A model generated the notes under the pieces. The model was not told the DNA's origin, searched no databases, and saw nothing but the letters and a program-made list of their open reading frames with translations. A stretch of 64,000 bases of DNA from the NCBI RefSeq assembly GCF_038025025.1, contig NW_027117353.1:434001-498000 (forward strand). Direction: 5' to 3'. Made by a program: the position numbers and the translations under genes. Positions 23,788 through 37,743 of this stretch are shown here, piece after piece (the first letter of the stretch is position 1; each line of letters opens with the position of its first letter). The DNA is from Phyllosticta citribraziliensis (Eukaryota).

Positions 23788-25487
23788 TTCAGCGTCGGGA
23801 GGGGAGGCAGGGAAGAGGGGAAAGGTGCAGTCGCCGGCGTCGTCGAAGAGGATGTCGGAGTCGAGGTCGTCGAGGTCGGTCGGAGGTTGCACGTCGTGGC
23901 CCTGGTGGGGGTGTTTATGCCAGGAGAAGAGGAGGTCCTTCTCCTTGCGCTGGCGGTCAAAATGTGGCGAGGTGGTGGACGAGGTGGGAGTGGTGACGGG
24001 GGTCGGGTCGAGGGTGCTCTCGCGGTCGCGGTCGAGAGAAGAAGAAGGGTTGAGGGAGTTGTAGAGAGGCGGAGGGGTCTGTGATGAAGCCACTTTCGAC
24101 GGCGGGCACGAGGTTTATGTCAATGGGAGCGAGTGGGATCGGCTCGAGTCAGCGAGCAGGTGGGCCGGATCGGTCCAAGCTGGTGGAACGCGGGCGGGCT
24201 TCAGGTGGGCTCGTTGGAAGCGCAGAAGCGAGAGGGTGGAGAAGGAGGCGGAGAGCACCGTGTTGGGGGATATTTGGGACAGAGGAGAAGTAGTTGAGGC
24301 GGATGAGCTGGGGGCGGATGCGTTGTTCTGGTTCTGGGGCAAGGTAGGTAGGTACAAGTCGGCAGCCGACGATGAGTCGTCTAGCGTGTGCCGGATAATG
24401 TAGAGCGTAGCGTCTGTCTGTCGGGTCGACTCACACGGCGTGTGGCGGGCCAATGGATGTCTGGTGTTGACGGACGGTGCAGAGGGCCAAGGTAGGTATG
24501 TGGATTGGATGAGATGCTAAGAGACAGAACTGAAGCCAGAAGATGGATGTGGGCGTCATGGGCTGGCGGCGAGGGAGGGCTGCATTAAAGCAACCCAACG
24601 GCGCGCAGTGCGGCAAGCCGTAAGCGCTCTCCCGCAATGGCAGGCCCATCCTTGACAGGTTTTCGGCCCTACAGAGCCGTCGAGCGCGTGTGGCTTGCTT
24701 GATCCACGGGCGCGTATAGAGACAGACAGACACACACATTCAACAACCGAATCCCTTGACTGCTGCTGTCGTGGGCGGGCTGTCTGGCTGGTCTGGTCTG
24801 GTCACGTCTTCTAGAAGGGCGCAGCGCCCCACCGGCGCCGCGTGCCAATGTGGGGACCGACTGCGGTGCGGTGCGGTGCGGTGCGGCAGACACATGTATG
24901 AACAAGAGTTGAAGCTGTTGACCGTGTCGATGGTGGATGGAGTCTGGCCAGATCAATGGCACTGGCACTGGCACTCGCTGCATGCATGGTACATGGTACA
25001 AGGAACGGGCTTCCCGCGACTGAGGAACTGAACGCCCTCGCTTCGCCCGTTACGTTGGCCATGAGGTCACCGGCCTGCAAGTTACTGACTCTGCTGGTTC
25101 CAGCCTAATGTCCATCACCCTCCACGACTCGCGCCCGCGACAATCCATCCATCTCATCATCACGACCAGCGTCATGGCCGTGCCGTTCGGTGGTTGCTTC
25201 TCGTCAGGACGACGTTGTGGCATGCCTGTCGTCTCTCAGGTCGTCTCTCGTCTCTCGTCTCACTTGGTCGCTGGCTGGCGCACAGATGGACCCTGACTAC
25301 AACTTGGGGCTTTTTCTCGGAGAAGCGCTGCCGGCTGCTGCCCCTGCCTACCCTACCCGTACGCGCTCCGCGACGACGCGAGAACGAACAAAGCCCGCCT
25401 CGGGAGCCGCACCGCTTGTGTACTGTATGTATATTGACTTTTTGACCATGTGGCAGCGTACTCGACACGAGCCCATTGCTTATACAC

Positions 25488-25514
25488 CCACACACACACA
25501 CACACACACACACA
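25488..25514. repeat. (CA)n microsatellite in the long SFP1 upstream region
   Basis: Directly visible in the sequence. Confidence 0.9.
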
Positions 25515-28500
25515 TATAACCTTCTCGCTGCACACACTGCGGAACTGCCGGTCATCAACAGGTGGGCAGTCCTGTCGTCGTGGCCCGCGCGCGCGTCGAA
25601 GCCACCGGGCGTGCGATGCGGACTTCTCTCCACGTCCAGGAAGCCAAAACCACACGCAACAATGCAATTTCGTCTGCGCGTCTCTAATTCCGTCAGGTCC
25701 GCTGCATTTCCCCGCGCCTCAGCTCTCAGCTTCCGTTTCCTTGCCCAGCTCAGCTCAGCTTTCCCTGGCGGACCTAGACCTGGACCTGGCACCGCCACCC
25801 TCTGCTACCACAGCGCTCTACAACCGTAAGCTTCACCGACCCTCCCAACAACCGGTTATACATGATCTACTCGTGCACTTGACGCAGAAATGTCCGTCGT
25901 CGTCGCAGTGGAGTGGGCGCCAATCAATGCGCGCGCCCTCTGCTCACCGCCGGCCGCGGGTCCCCGTTGGTCCCTGGCGGCCATGAGGCTCCAACAAAAA
26001 CAAAAACACACAGAGCTCATGGCAACCGAGGCGGCTCCTCAGCTTTTCCGTCTCGAGCGTCGTGTGGGGGAAAATTTTCCGCCCTGCCCTGCCCTGCCCT
26101 CTCTGTCTGTCTCTGTCTCTCGTCAACGAAGTCGACTCTCGAGTCTCAGCCAGCCCAGTGCCCCAGCAAATCCGCAGCTACCAAGTCACACACACACATT
26201 TCCTCAAGAAGCAGTTGCTCCACCCGCCCGTCAACCAACAATGCTCCGCCGCCGCTGTGTGGGTGCTTGAGCTCGCCCGTCCCATGCATCATCTGAAACC
26301 GCTTCATGCACAATAATTGAACGAGAAACACGCACTCGGCACTGCACCGGGCACAGCCTCTCCAGAGGACATTGCTCAGGTCGAGGGGGCCGTTGGCTTT
26401 GAAACTGATGTGCGTGCCAAAACAGGCCCTCCGCCGCGCGCCCGCCCTGGAGATTTCGAGGCCGCGGGAGCTGACGACTTGGGTTGACGTCCGTAGGTAC
26501 GGTACCTAGGTTAACCTGCCCTGGGATTCGGATGCCGCAGGCGCCGTCGGCTGCCGCCGCTCCGAGCCGCTAGGGTAAGGTAGGTAGGTAGGTAGGTAAG
26601 GTTGGTAGCTGGGTAGAAAGGCGCGTCCACCGTCGGATGTCTCCCTCCTCCATCGTGCAATCGACCTGGTGCACGTCCCGCCTGTCTTCACCAATTGAAG
26701 AAGAGCCAGCGTGTGTGCTACCTACGCTACGTCTCTTGCTCAGTGCTCTCCAGCCTCGATTGGATTTCTAGCAAACTGCAGCACGTGTACAGGTCCAAGA
26801 CCTGCCCTGCCTGCCGCGTACCTCAGGTCATGGATGGTGACCGTCAATCATCATCGGCGCCTTGGCTGTCTCCGCCATTGCCATCGCCATCGCCATCGCC
26901 ATCGCCATCGAATCGACGTCGCCACTGGCCTCGGTGCCTGAGCGTGCCTGACGGACTGACCGACACTGCGTGGTGGTGGTGGTGGCGGAGGGGCAACAGC
27001 CCGGCCGGCTGTCTCTCGGTACAAGCCTAAGCACGTATATCCATCCCATCATCCATCTAACACGGAGGCGAGCGAGCAAGCAGGCGAGCAAGCGACATGT
27101 CACTTCACTTCCACCCATCATTGCTTCCTTCCTTCCAGCTCTTTCTTTCTTCCTCTCTCTCCTCATTGGTCAATGGCCCCATTTCACACCCCAACCGTAC
27201 GTACGAGTCGCGCAAAGCTCGCTTCTGTTCTTCACACCAATCATCATAATAATCACGTACGGATTATATGTGTAAGCAACCCCACGGCTCTGTTCCCTCT
27301 CTCTCTCTCCCGTCGCGCTGACAGGCAGGCCGGCGGCAGTCTTGCCCGACGCAGTAATTTTGGCGACGCCCTGCTCCCTGCGTGCGACCGAGCGAGCGCG
27401 CCTGGGTGGCTGGGCTGCCGTGGGCTCGGCTCACCGCACCGACCTGACCGAAGATAATCCGTCCCGTCCGACTGGACCGCACCGCACCGCATGGAACCCT
27501 GGGTGTCGAGGGAGAGGGACAGACAGGCACTTCACTTCTGCTGGAGCATGTATCTATCCATGCATGCGTGCTGGCGCTTCCACCTGCCTGCCCTCGCCGC
27601 TGGTGGTGCTAGTCTAGCCCCGTCCTGACGACCACACATACGCGCGGATGGCCACGCAACCAGGCGCGGCATCCAGCCTAGTCTCAAGGTAGGTACCGTG
27701 GTTTTTCCTTGGAGTAGGAGGAGGAGAGGAAGACCCTGAACCCCACCACCGCATTCGTGCTTGCGTCCTCGTCGCAATGCGAGGCAGAGCAAGAACCACT
27801 TCTGGCTCCGCACGCAAGTAGGTACGCACGCACGCACGCACGCACGCACATGGCCTCGATCCCTGATGAGCCCCAGGCATTGTCCATCATCGAGTGACTG
27901 ATTGCCTGACTGACTTGACTGTGCGGGTTTGAAATGGGACACGAGAAGGAGTCCCCGTTTAACTAATCACTGACCTGTCTGAGACTGCTGTCTACTATTT
28001 GTCTGTCTGTTTGTTTCCACCTTTCTAACCCCGCGTACACCTCATGCGCATCTCCTACACACACAAAATTCCACAAGCACACAGACATCCCACCGTCTTG
28101 TACAGCAGCCGGTGTACTTGACGCCGCTCTCGTCGCTCTCCAAGCATAGTGTCGTTCCCTCCCCAATCGCCTGTCTGTCCTGTCCGTTGATATCAGGCGC
28201 GAGACAGCCCTTTGTAGACCGACCGTCTTGTATGTCTGTACTGTACCACGCAGCCAGGGGCAGAGCACTCATGTATGCAGCAGCCGGTCGGTGCCTCTGT
28301 CGGTCTGTCTCAGTAGTCGAACGAGGCGGCAAACGGCGAAAGACGTCTCGAAGCGCCAACGACGACGACGACAGTACATATTCTAAAACGAACCTTTCGC
28401 AATCGCCCATGCACGCATGCTTAGTGATGGATGGATGGATGGATGGACCAATAGAGTAGTAACAATGCCATGTCCAAGCGAGAGCAGCATCACAAGCCGC

Positions 28501-28862
28501 AGCCGCAAACAAGCATCCAAGCATGCGGACCCACCCTCCCTAGTAAACACCCCCCCCTGACCGAGCGCAGCGGAACCCCCCTTGCTGCTTGCTGCAGGGA
28601 CGGGAAACCAAAGAAAAAGAAAAAGAAAAAGGTCCTTGCCGCCACGTGTGTGTGTGTGCTCTGGCCCTGCCGAGACATGACGTCCATCCGTCCGTCCGTC
28701 CGTCGTCATCTGTGCATTGTGCCACGCTACCCTACCGTCCCGTACCCCTGCAGATTGGGCTACCCTTTTTTTTTTGTGTTCTACCCCTGGCACGCCTGCC
28801 CCCCTTTCTACTCTCGACCCTGACCAAGCTTTGGCCTCACGCCCCGGCCCCAACCCTCGGCC

Positions 28863-31376
28863 TCAACCCTCGGCCTCAATCTCATACGCATTGCTCTTGT
28901 GCTTTGGCACGAAGCGGAACGTATCGGGCGCCTTGCCGAGGAACATTTCGCTAATCTTGATCCAATCCCTGTAATTGTCCGACGCGAGCAGCGTCTCGAG
29001 GTCGTCGCGGCCGCGGAACGCCGGCGCGCGGTCGTTGATGGCCGGCGGCAGCCGCTCCAGCAGCCCGATGGGCGTGTACCGGCAGCTGAAGCTGAGCCAC
29101 TCGAGCAGGAACCGCCGCGTCGTGCCCACGCCCATCTCGTCCGAGCCCCATGTTTCGAGCCCGTTTTTCACAAACGTCTCGATGTAGCGCAGCCGCTCGG
29201 ACGAGGTCTTGTCGAGGTACTGTGCGCTGCTGATTTCTTCGAAGATCCACGGTTTGATGAGCGCGCCGCGGGCTACCATGACTGAGTCCACTTTGTCTTC
29301 TTCCATGGCGCGGTAGTAGTCGTGGTGCGAGTAGCAGTCGCCGTTGCCGACAAAGTACACGCGGCCGCCGTTGGGCAGGTTGCGCGCGTCCGGCTCGCCG
29401 GCCGTGTCGAGCAGCCGGCCCTGCTCCTCGTTGAGCCGCTTGATCAGGGCGGCCGTCTGCGAGATGTAGCCCCAGTCGGCCGACCTGGTGTAGCGCTGCT
29501 GGCGGCTGCGGCCGTGCAGCGTGATGGCGGCGACGCCGCAGGGGCCTTGGTCGGCGGCGCGCGCCTCCTGCCCGCCCAGCACCAGCCGGTTGACGAGCTT
29601 CTGCGCCGTGGGCTCGCTATCTTTGACGCCCATGCGAATCTTGACCGTGATGGGGATTGCCTCGGACACGGCGTTCATGCCGCGCAGCATCTTTTCCAGC
29701 CTGCCCGGCGCGTCGAGCAGCGCTGATCCCGCGCCCTGGCGATACACGAGGTCGATGGGACATCCACAGTTGAGGTCAATGGCTCGCAGGCTGGGGCACA
29801 AAGCGGTAAGGATCTCCGTCGTCTTGAGGGCGATCCAAGGCTTGTTCCCCGCAATCTGCGCGCCGAATTTGAGGTCCCGCCCGTTGTCGTAGCTCTGGCT
29901 AGCCCAGTTGCGACGCTCGAAGCGCGGCGGCGTCGCCTCTGACTCGTGGGCCTTGACCAGCGCCCACTCACTCTTCTCGCCTTGGATCAGAGGCAGTCCC
30001 ATGGCCATCTCCGACCATGTCACCTGCGCCCCGAGCTGCACGCAGAGCCGCCGGAACGGGAGGTTGCCCTGTGTCGTCAGAGGCGCAAGCACTGGGGTTT
30101 CCGGCCCATAGTAGATCCGGCGCTTCTCTGATGCGAGCAAAGGAGGTTCCCTGTACGCAGCTCTGTTGTCGAGCTTGGCTTCGCTCATCTCGGTGTCGGC
30201 CTGAGCCGCCTCTGCGGGGACCTTTTGCCTGGACCTGCCCTCCTCTTCCGACTTGGCCAGATATTCGAGGTATACGTCAGACTTGGGCATCTTGGTCCTC
30301 TTGCGGTTGAGATTGTGCTTCGCTTCCGTAGACACGACGTTGACGTGACCAATGTCGTCCCTATCGCCCGTCCTGGTCGCCTCGGCTGCCGCTTTGCGTT
30401 CCGAGTCCTCGATCAGCACCAGTTCCTTTCGCCCATCGGCATGCGTCTTCTCTTCCGAGTGCGTCTTTGCGAATCGACATTTCCAGCCCGCGTTGCACCA
30501 GCCTCGAAGCTCCCAGATGGGGCACTTTTCAAACGTCGCCAGGTCCTCGCGTTTGCCCTCCTTGAGATACTTGCGCAGGTCGTGCTCGAACCTGCACTTG
30601 TTGGCAAACTTGCAGGGGGCGGCCGCAAACTCGTTGCAAAAGGCAACGGATGAGCAGAGTTGAATCGCGTCCCGGTGTGTTCCATATTCCCGGGCCTTGT
30701 TCTGGCCACGCTCTTTCTTCTTGTTGCCTTTCTTGCCGGCGGCCTGCTGCTGCTGCTGCTGCTGCGTGCCGTCATTCGCATCTGCATGCTTGGACGCCTC
30801 TGCGGCATCGTCGTCCGGCTCGTCTCTCGATACGAGCCGGGCTTGCCTCAATTCCTTGGGATCTACAAGATACCTGCCAGCCAACTTGTCAGGCACGTTG
30901 CAAATGATGGGCAAACAAAAACACCACGCCGTCGCCCGGCCATCATCATCATCACCGTCATCATCACCATCACCACTTACTCAGGCTTGATCGGCGCTAC
31001 GCCCTTTTGTCTCTCCCGTCGAGACTCGTCAACCTTAATGTCCGCGCTTGTCTCACCGTCTGGGAGGGGGGGCACCGTCAGCTTCCGACTCTGTCGATAC
31101 GCACACTCGGATTCGATCGTTCGATCCGCAGCGCGCTCGTCATCACTTACCTGTGTCCAGTCGGCGTCGCTTTGATGGAGACGTTGCTGAGTCGCCGTTG
31201 GCCCCGGGTGAGGATGCATCGGGTAGGCCGTGTCGCTCTACCTTCTCGGCCTTGTTTGCGGCCAAATCTTCTGCTGAGGCCGTGGCCGGTGCGAGCTCTG
31301 GACCGTTGAGGGCGTTTTGGTGGGCGTCTGCCACGGCGGCTGCCGTTGGTGGTTGAGACGTGTGTTGGTCGGACAT
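28863..31376 (-). CDS. DUS3: tRNA-dihydrouridine(47) synthase Dus3; exons 31376-31151, 31059-30981, 30873-28863
   Basis: [11 protein letters not shown], two CCCH fingers, [51 protein letters not shown] and C-terminal [10 protein letters not shown]. Confidence 0.96.
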
Positions 31377-31772
31377 TTTTTGAAAAGACGTCGAATTGAT
31401 GAGGAGAGGTACAGGTGGTGGTGGTAGAGGTGATGAGTGGTAGAGCGCTAGGAGACGCGACGGGTAGAGCCGCGCGACGACAATAGAGCAAAAAAACTCT
31501 CAAACCAGATGCCCGTCTGCTCTTGTAAAGTGAAAATGAGATAGTGGTCCAGCTTTGAGGTTGATGAAGCTGTGTGAAAAACTGATGGTCGAGATCACGT
31601 GCGGCGCTACGCTGGGCCGACGCCGCGCCTCCGGCCACCGCGCTAGAGAGCGGCAACGAGTTATTCTCCGACCCTGGCAACGCTTGTTTACAGTACAGAC
31701 AATCCACGCGCCGGCCTTTTTGGACAAAGCTCCACCGACCACCTCTGCGGCACATCACGAGCCTCGGCGACA
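31377..31772. promoter_or_regulatory. Compact (396 bp) divergent promoter shared by DUS3 and the TinA-like gene
   Basis: Head-to-head ATGs at 31376 (-) and 31773 (+). Confidence 0.6.
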
Positions 31773-33907
31773 ATGGACCCTCAGAGCCTGAGGGGCGCCT
31801 CAACTTACCTTAACAATCTGCTGCTTGCACGAGGCTTACTGCGCAATGGCAAGTCGATCGAATTCGCGCACCCCTCCAAGGGTGAGGGCGGGAAAGAAGC
31901 AACAATGGCCCAGATTATCAACCTGGTCCACGATCTGATTCTGAGGCGAGACGTGAGCGCGAGCCAACGACTTTGCTTTTTCCTGCACGCTGACATGCTT
32001 CCCTCAGCGCGAACAGGAACAGCGCGAGTCGATGATGCAAACCCTCCGCGATGTCCGCGTCGACAACCAACGCGCCAACAGCGCCCTGGAGCGTCTCCAG
32101 ACCGGCAACGACGACCTCAAGCGCCAACTGTCGCTCGCACAATCCTCCGAGAGGTCCGCCAAAAATGCGGTCCGCGCTGCCGAAAGGTCGGAGCGGTCGT
32201 TACGGGAAGAAATGGGCCGCTTGAAGACGACGGTCCAGCAGGTGCGCGCATCTTGTGCGAACGATGTTCGGAAGCGCGACCTACAGATCCAGCGCCTCAA
32301 GGCTCATCTCCTGGCACAACAACGCGGAAACAAGACGGGATTGGTCGGAGCGAGCATCACCATCACACCCGGCCAGACCGGAGCCAACAGCGCCAGCCGC
32401 GAAGAGGAGCCGGCCAATCTCGAAGACCCAGAATACAGCCTTAAGCAGGAGACGACGGAATTCTTGACCCAGCTGAGCCAAAGCTTGAGCGATGAAAATG
32501 ACAATCTCATCGGATTGGTCCGGAGCACGCTCGCGACGCTTAGAGAACTGCAGGGCATGCCGGAGCTCGGCCAACACGACCACGAAGCGGGGGTTCACGG
32601 CGAAGGCGAGGATTCAGATTCTGGCTTGATGCATGCGTTGCCGACGTCATACGATGCACTTGCAACCGACATGGACCATGTGCTGGATCACTTGCGTGGT
32701 TTGCTCACCAACCCCAACTTTGTCTCCATTCACGAAGTCGAATCGAGGGAAGAGGAAATCATCAGATTGCGCGAAGGCTGGGAGAAGATGCAGCAGAGGT
32801 GGAGAGAAGCTGTGAGTCTGATGCAAGGATGGAGAAGGCGGATGATGGACGGCGGAGACACCATCACTCTTGACGAGCTGCAACTGGGTCTAGTATCAGG
32901 AGAAGGTCTGGCGCCTGTGGCAGAGGAAGATGAAGAAGGTCATGAGATGGAGAGCGACGACGAATATGCGGAGGATGACGAAGAAATCGACGAACCACCG
33001 ATCCCTTCGCCCGGCAAGCCAACGCCAAAAGACAAGACGGACCTCTTTGACATTAAGCTTCGACCTACCTCCTACGCTCTCCATGAGTCTGATGGCAACA
33101 AAAAGTCGCCGCGCAAGGTTGTCTTTGCCCCTTCCAACAATAACACACCGCATCCACAGAACCCCGACGAAAACGCACCCGACGTCGACATGATGTCCCA
33201 ACCTATCTCCAAACCGTCGTCTACGAACCAAAAGACCGTCTCCGCGAGCCGACTTCCCACCTCGACAGGCTCTCACCCCTCTTCCACGCTCCGCAGCAAG
33301 CCTTCCACAATCGGGCGGGAAACGTCGGGCATCCCTCGAAGTGTACGCAAATCTCTTTCATTCTCTGAACAGCAGGAAAGCCCCACATCAACTCTCGACA
33401 TTTACTCAGCAGGCGCCTCGACTTGTTCCAACAAGTCGACCGAAGCCCAAATCCTCAACCTTGACAGCCTTTTTCTTTAGTCGAGTCATCGCACAGAACA
33501 TCAAAACTGACAGTCTTCCTCTTTCGAAACAGACACGTAAGAAGCGTAAATCGAGCGAGATGCCGCCGTCCGACGAAGAAGACTACGAGAACCTCTCCTC
33601 CCCCTCCAAACTCACCGTGCAAGAAAAACTCGCCATCGCCGCGCGAGAAGCAGAAGAAGCGGCATCGACGGCTGCCGCCATCGCCGCAGCCAAGATGGCA
33701 GAAGAAGAAGAAAAGGCAGCAAAAGCACATTTAAAGACGCAGGCCGAAGGTGGCAACATCGCAGGTAGTAATAGCTCGGGCTCCGCATCTGCGGCTGGCG
33801 TCGCGAAGAAGACGCCGAAGAAGACGGGCGTCAAGGGCCGCGCGAGGAGACGCAAGAGTACGCTTAGTCCGGAGGAGTTGGAGGCGCTGATGGGGCTTAA
33901 TGATTGA
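31773..33907 (+). CDS. tinA: NIMA-interacting TinA/Msd1-like coiled-coil spindle-pole protein (ADIP-like domain); exons 31773-31952, 32008-33342, 33533-33907
   Basis: ASTYLNNLLLARGLL, IINLVHDLILRRD, coiled coil with CANDVRKRDLQIQRLK, YSLKQETTEFLTQLSQSLSDEND, LTNPNFV and C-terminal RRRKSTLSPEELEAL. Two phase-0 introns. Confidence 0.8.
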
Positions 33908-34912
33908 TGAGATGATGATGCATGCCTTTTTTCTTGCTCTCTGCTATGCTTTCCTTTTTTTGTTTTCTGCTGGGTTGAGATTTGCGTCTGGCTGGAGCTT
34001 GCTTGCTTTGCTTTGCTTTGCTTTGCTTGCAAACAGAATCCCCTTTTGGGGCTGCGGCAGGAGTTGACAGAGAAGCGGTTCTTCTCGGCGCGCGCGTGTG
34101 CGTGCAGCGTTTTCGGGTCTGCTGGCTATGGGCGGTCACCTGGGTCAGGTTCCTGGTCGGACTGGGAGTGTGGGCAGGCATTACTGGCGAGACTTTTCCG
34201 GACATGGCCGTTGGGGGTGGTCTGGTGGTCTGGCTGGTTGCTAATGTACATTTTTGATGCTGCTCACGTGGCGTGGCTACCTCTCTTTTCTGTCTTTCTG
34301 CTGATTTTGCTCATCTTGCCTATCATGAGGATGCGTTGCTGGGGTGGAAGTGAAGGTGATGCACTACCTGCTTCTATCTTTTTGTTTACGATTCATAGAT
34401 TGCAGCATTTCGCTCATGCAATTGTTCATGATGTTGTTGTTAATCTTTCTGGTACATGCTTGAGTGTCTGACTGGTCTGCTCTCCATCTTTTCGTTCCTT
34501 TGCTCAGGACTGTTGCATGGAATCTAGACGTGGACGGACTTGAGTTACTTGATTGGTCACACTGATGGATTGTCTCATCACCAATCGAAGCCGCAAGGAG
34601 AGGGACAAAGGGCACTTCTGCTTCTCCAGAAGTTAAACATTTAACTAGATCAGGCAGGGTAGCTAGCTGCTTCCTTCAGAGAAATTAGATCGTATCTTCG
34701 CCCACGATACAGTAGATCCGCTCAACTATCCCGTACTCTCAGTTGGCTTGTCCACATCTCAGTCTGAAAAGACCGCCATGCCCGTTGGGCAACGAATCCG
34801 CCGGGGAACCACCTTCAAACGACTCGACTTTAAATGCAGCAACATCAAGAAACGAACGTCGACTGCGACCAACTTCTCTCCGAAAAGGCCTGCGGAGGCT
34901 CGCGTCACGTCG

Positions 34913-36934
34913 CTAAAAGAGAAAGGCAAGAGAGAAAAGGAAAACAGAAAGGGGGTAGCTATCGAGCGTATCAGTACTAGTTGGTCGGAAATATTAGGAG
35001 GGGTTTCCCACCTGATCCAAGGGCTCGGCGCGTGAAGTTGGCTCGCGCCAGCCGACGACTGGCGGCCAGTAGCATTGGTCCCAGCTGCGCAAAGTTAGCC
35101 AAGCTCCCATTTCAAGATGACGGGACGCTGGATGTGGTACGATACTCACAAAAGTTCGACGACACATTGCTGTCCTGCGGCTGCGGCAACAAGTCCTGCC
35201 TGACCTCGCCGCCGGGCGGCGCATATCCTTCCGTATTCGTCACAGCCGCAGCGACCTTGGTCCAAAAGTCGCAGGTAGGCTTGAACGCCTGCGGATCCTG
35301 AATGAGCTCAAACTTTGCCAGCGTGATGTTGAGGACGTTGGCGAGATTCGAGCCGCTGGTGTCGACCGTGGGCCACGAGGGCGGCGCCTGCAGGCCCGAG
35401 GCGTTCTGGCGGCGCGCGTTGGGGTCGCCGGTGAGCGCCAGCGAGGTGAACAGGCTGCGGTACGCCTCGACGAAGGTGCTGGTGCCGTTGGGGATGAGCT
35501 CCGGGAAGAAGAAGGTGGGCAGCACGTCGGCGCCGTGCTTGTACGGCGGCGCCGCGTACACCATGTTGTAGACCTTGGTGCGGCCAGTCTTGCTGAGCGC
35601 CTCCGCCATGTCGACCACGTTGCAATGGAACCGGTGGTCCGCGATCATGGTCTTCAGCCGAGCGGACTGCGTGTCGAACTGCGCCGGCTTGGTCGTGGCG
35701 TTGAGGGGCGGATACTGCGTGGCGATGGCTTCGGGGACGCCTTCGACGGGGAAGTAGTAGCGCACGTATTGGTCAAAGTCCTCGTTCGTCTGGACGCGCG
35801 GATCGACGTAGTCGGCAGCTTCGTCCAAGCAGTGCGAGATGATGATGGACTCGATGCCCTTCCAGTAGTTGCCGCTCTCGAGCTCCAACGCCGCCATCTG
35901 CCTGACGAACCCGCCGTCGGCTGACGGCTGGTATGCGCTGCGCTCCTTGTACGGGGTGGAGGCGCCGGCGTCGTTGGCTCGCTTCAAGGCTTCGGGGCTG
36001 GCGCGTCGCAGACAGTCGAGTCCTTTACCCTCGCAGCCGGCGTTTTTGGCAAAGTTTTGGAACTGCACCTCCAACGCGCCCCTCCTGTCCCACCTCAGAT
36101 CGAACGCAGGGCTTTGCAGAATGGCTCGCCGGAACAGTGGATCCTGCGTCCCTCCAAAGGCCGTGATTTGATGAAAGACTCCCCCGGCGCCGGCCGATTC
36201 GCCCATGGCCGTGACCTGGTCGCGATCTCCGCCCAAAAGGTTGATGTACTGGTTCGTCCAGTTCAACGCCGCACGCTGGTCCCAGAAACCAGCATTCGGG
36301 AGACCCTCTTTTTCCATGGTACTTCCCGCAAGGAAGCCATAGGCGCCGGTGCGGTAGTTGGACACTACGTACACCACCCCTCCCGTCTCAATGAAGTTTG
36401 CGCCACCGTAGATGTTCTTCTCCCCAAACACGTAGCCGCCGCCATAAAAGTAGTGTATTACTGGAATCATGCTGTTGGGATCTTTGATGGCCGGACCAGG
36501 GACGTAGACGTCGAGGTACAGGCAATCTTCCGACTGGGTGCCTCCCCCTACGTCCTGAATGTTCGTCGGGTTCCCAATGCCCGTCTGTACGCACCTCGGG
36601 CCGTGGGAACCGTCAATCACGGTGGAATTCTGGACCGGAGGCTGTGGCGGTCTCCAGCGCAACTGCTCCGTCGGAGGAGCAGCGAACGGAATGTTTTTGA
36701 AGACATACAGCTGCCCCTGTTCAGAAGCTTCCCAATGATACGAGGAGATTTGTAGCTTACTCTGTTTACTCGATCGTAGCTTTTCGCAACAACACGAGCG
36801 TACGGCAGATTCAAGACGGGCAGGTCCTTGGAGACTGATTGATCGAATTCGACTCCCAACTTCGCCTGCGATTCAACCCCTGGAACACTCGTCAAGGCCA
36901 ATAATATGGCGCAGAGCCTGGCAATCGACAGCAT
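34913..36934 (-). CDS. Secreted type-B carboxylesterase/lipase with a predicted GPI signal; exons 36934-36761, 36710-35150, 35084-35012, 34958-34913
   Basis: Signal peptide, SEDCLYLDV, YGGGY oxyanion motif, NAGFWDQ, nucleophile GESAG, LDEA and KHGAD. Splicing two more 3' introns gives a hydrophobic C-terminus. Confidence 0.88.
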
Positions 36935-37188
36935 GTTTCGGCGATCCGTAGGAACGAGTGAGACGCACAATCGAAAAGAGTGGAGAGGCAGAAGTAGACT
37001 ACCTCCTCGCAGGGGAACGCGCGGCCATACAGTACCTTATGACTGGATTCGCGGTGGGAAGCTCAACGGCGAGGCGGCAGGAGAGCATCACTCGCCGGCG
37101 TCGCCGCGTCGCTGGCCCAGTAAACTCGTCGCTTTGTGATGGACGGGAGAACCCACCAATCGGCTTGCCGTGTCCGCTGGCCCTGAAG

Positions 37189-37194
37189 TTTATA
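37189..37194 (-). promoter_or_regulatory. Putative TATA box (TATAAA) of the carboxylesterase gene
   Basis: About 255 nt upstream of ATG 36934 on the minus strand. Confidence 0.4.
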
Positions 37195-37743
37195 TGAGCG
37201 GGACACTTGTTTGTTCCGGGTCCGACCTGTTCGGGTTGCCCGCATTTCAGCATGCCGATGTCATGTCCACTCGCGCGGGTGTCCCTGTGGCCTTGTCATA
37301 ACAGACTGGGAAGTGATTAAGCTCAAGACCAAGCTCAGCAGCTCCCGCTAGCCTTACATTTGTCCGTTCAGTCTTGATCGCGTTGGGCTTGTAAAGGTGT
37401 GGAAGTGACCGACTCGCTCACGATTGCGATCGACGAAGTGTTGCCAGGATCAACGGTTAAGATTACTTGCAGCAGTTCCCGGCCGCCCGTCTCCCGATTT
37501 CTTTTGGCATCCATGAAGCAAAACATCATCATCGTTCACCACGTTTCATCCGTTTTCCGCGATTCAGAATATACGAGGCACGGCAGTGTTTGAAGCACCC
37601 GAAAAGTCTTCAGTTTACTAATCCGTCAAAAAATGTGGCGTCTAGGGTATCTGCCGCGGTTCCGTCTAAAATATGTCTTGAGAAGAGAAATGTGCATGAG
37701 AAGAAGAGAAATCTCCCGTCTCGTCGTGAGAGTAAGCCACCGC

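Noticed and set aside
24100..28860. Many short ORFs upstream of SFP1
   Set aside because: Derived from simple repeats and low-complexity DNA; consistent with a long regulatory region.
34690..34760. Faint 5S rRNA-like word (TCCGCTCA)
   Set aside because: Flanks do not match the fungal 5S consensus or its terminal stem.
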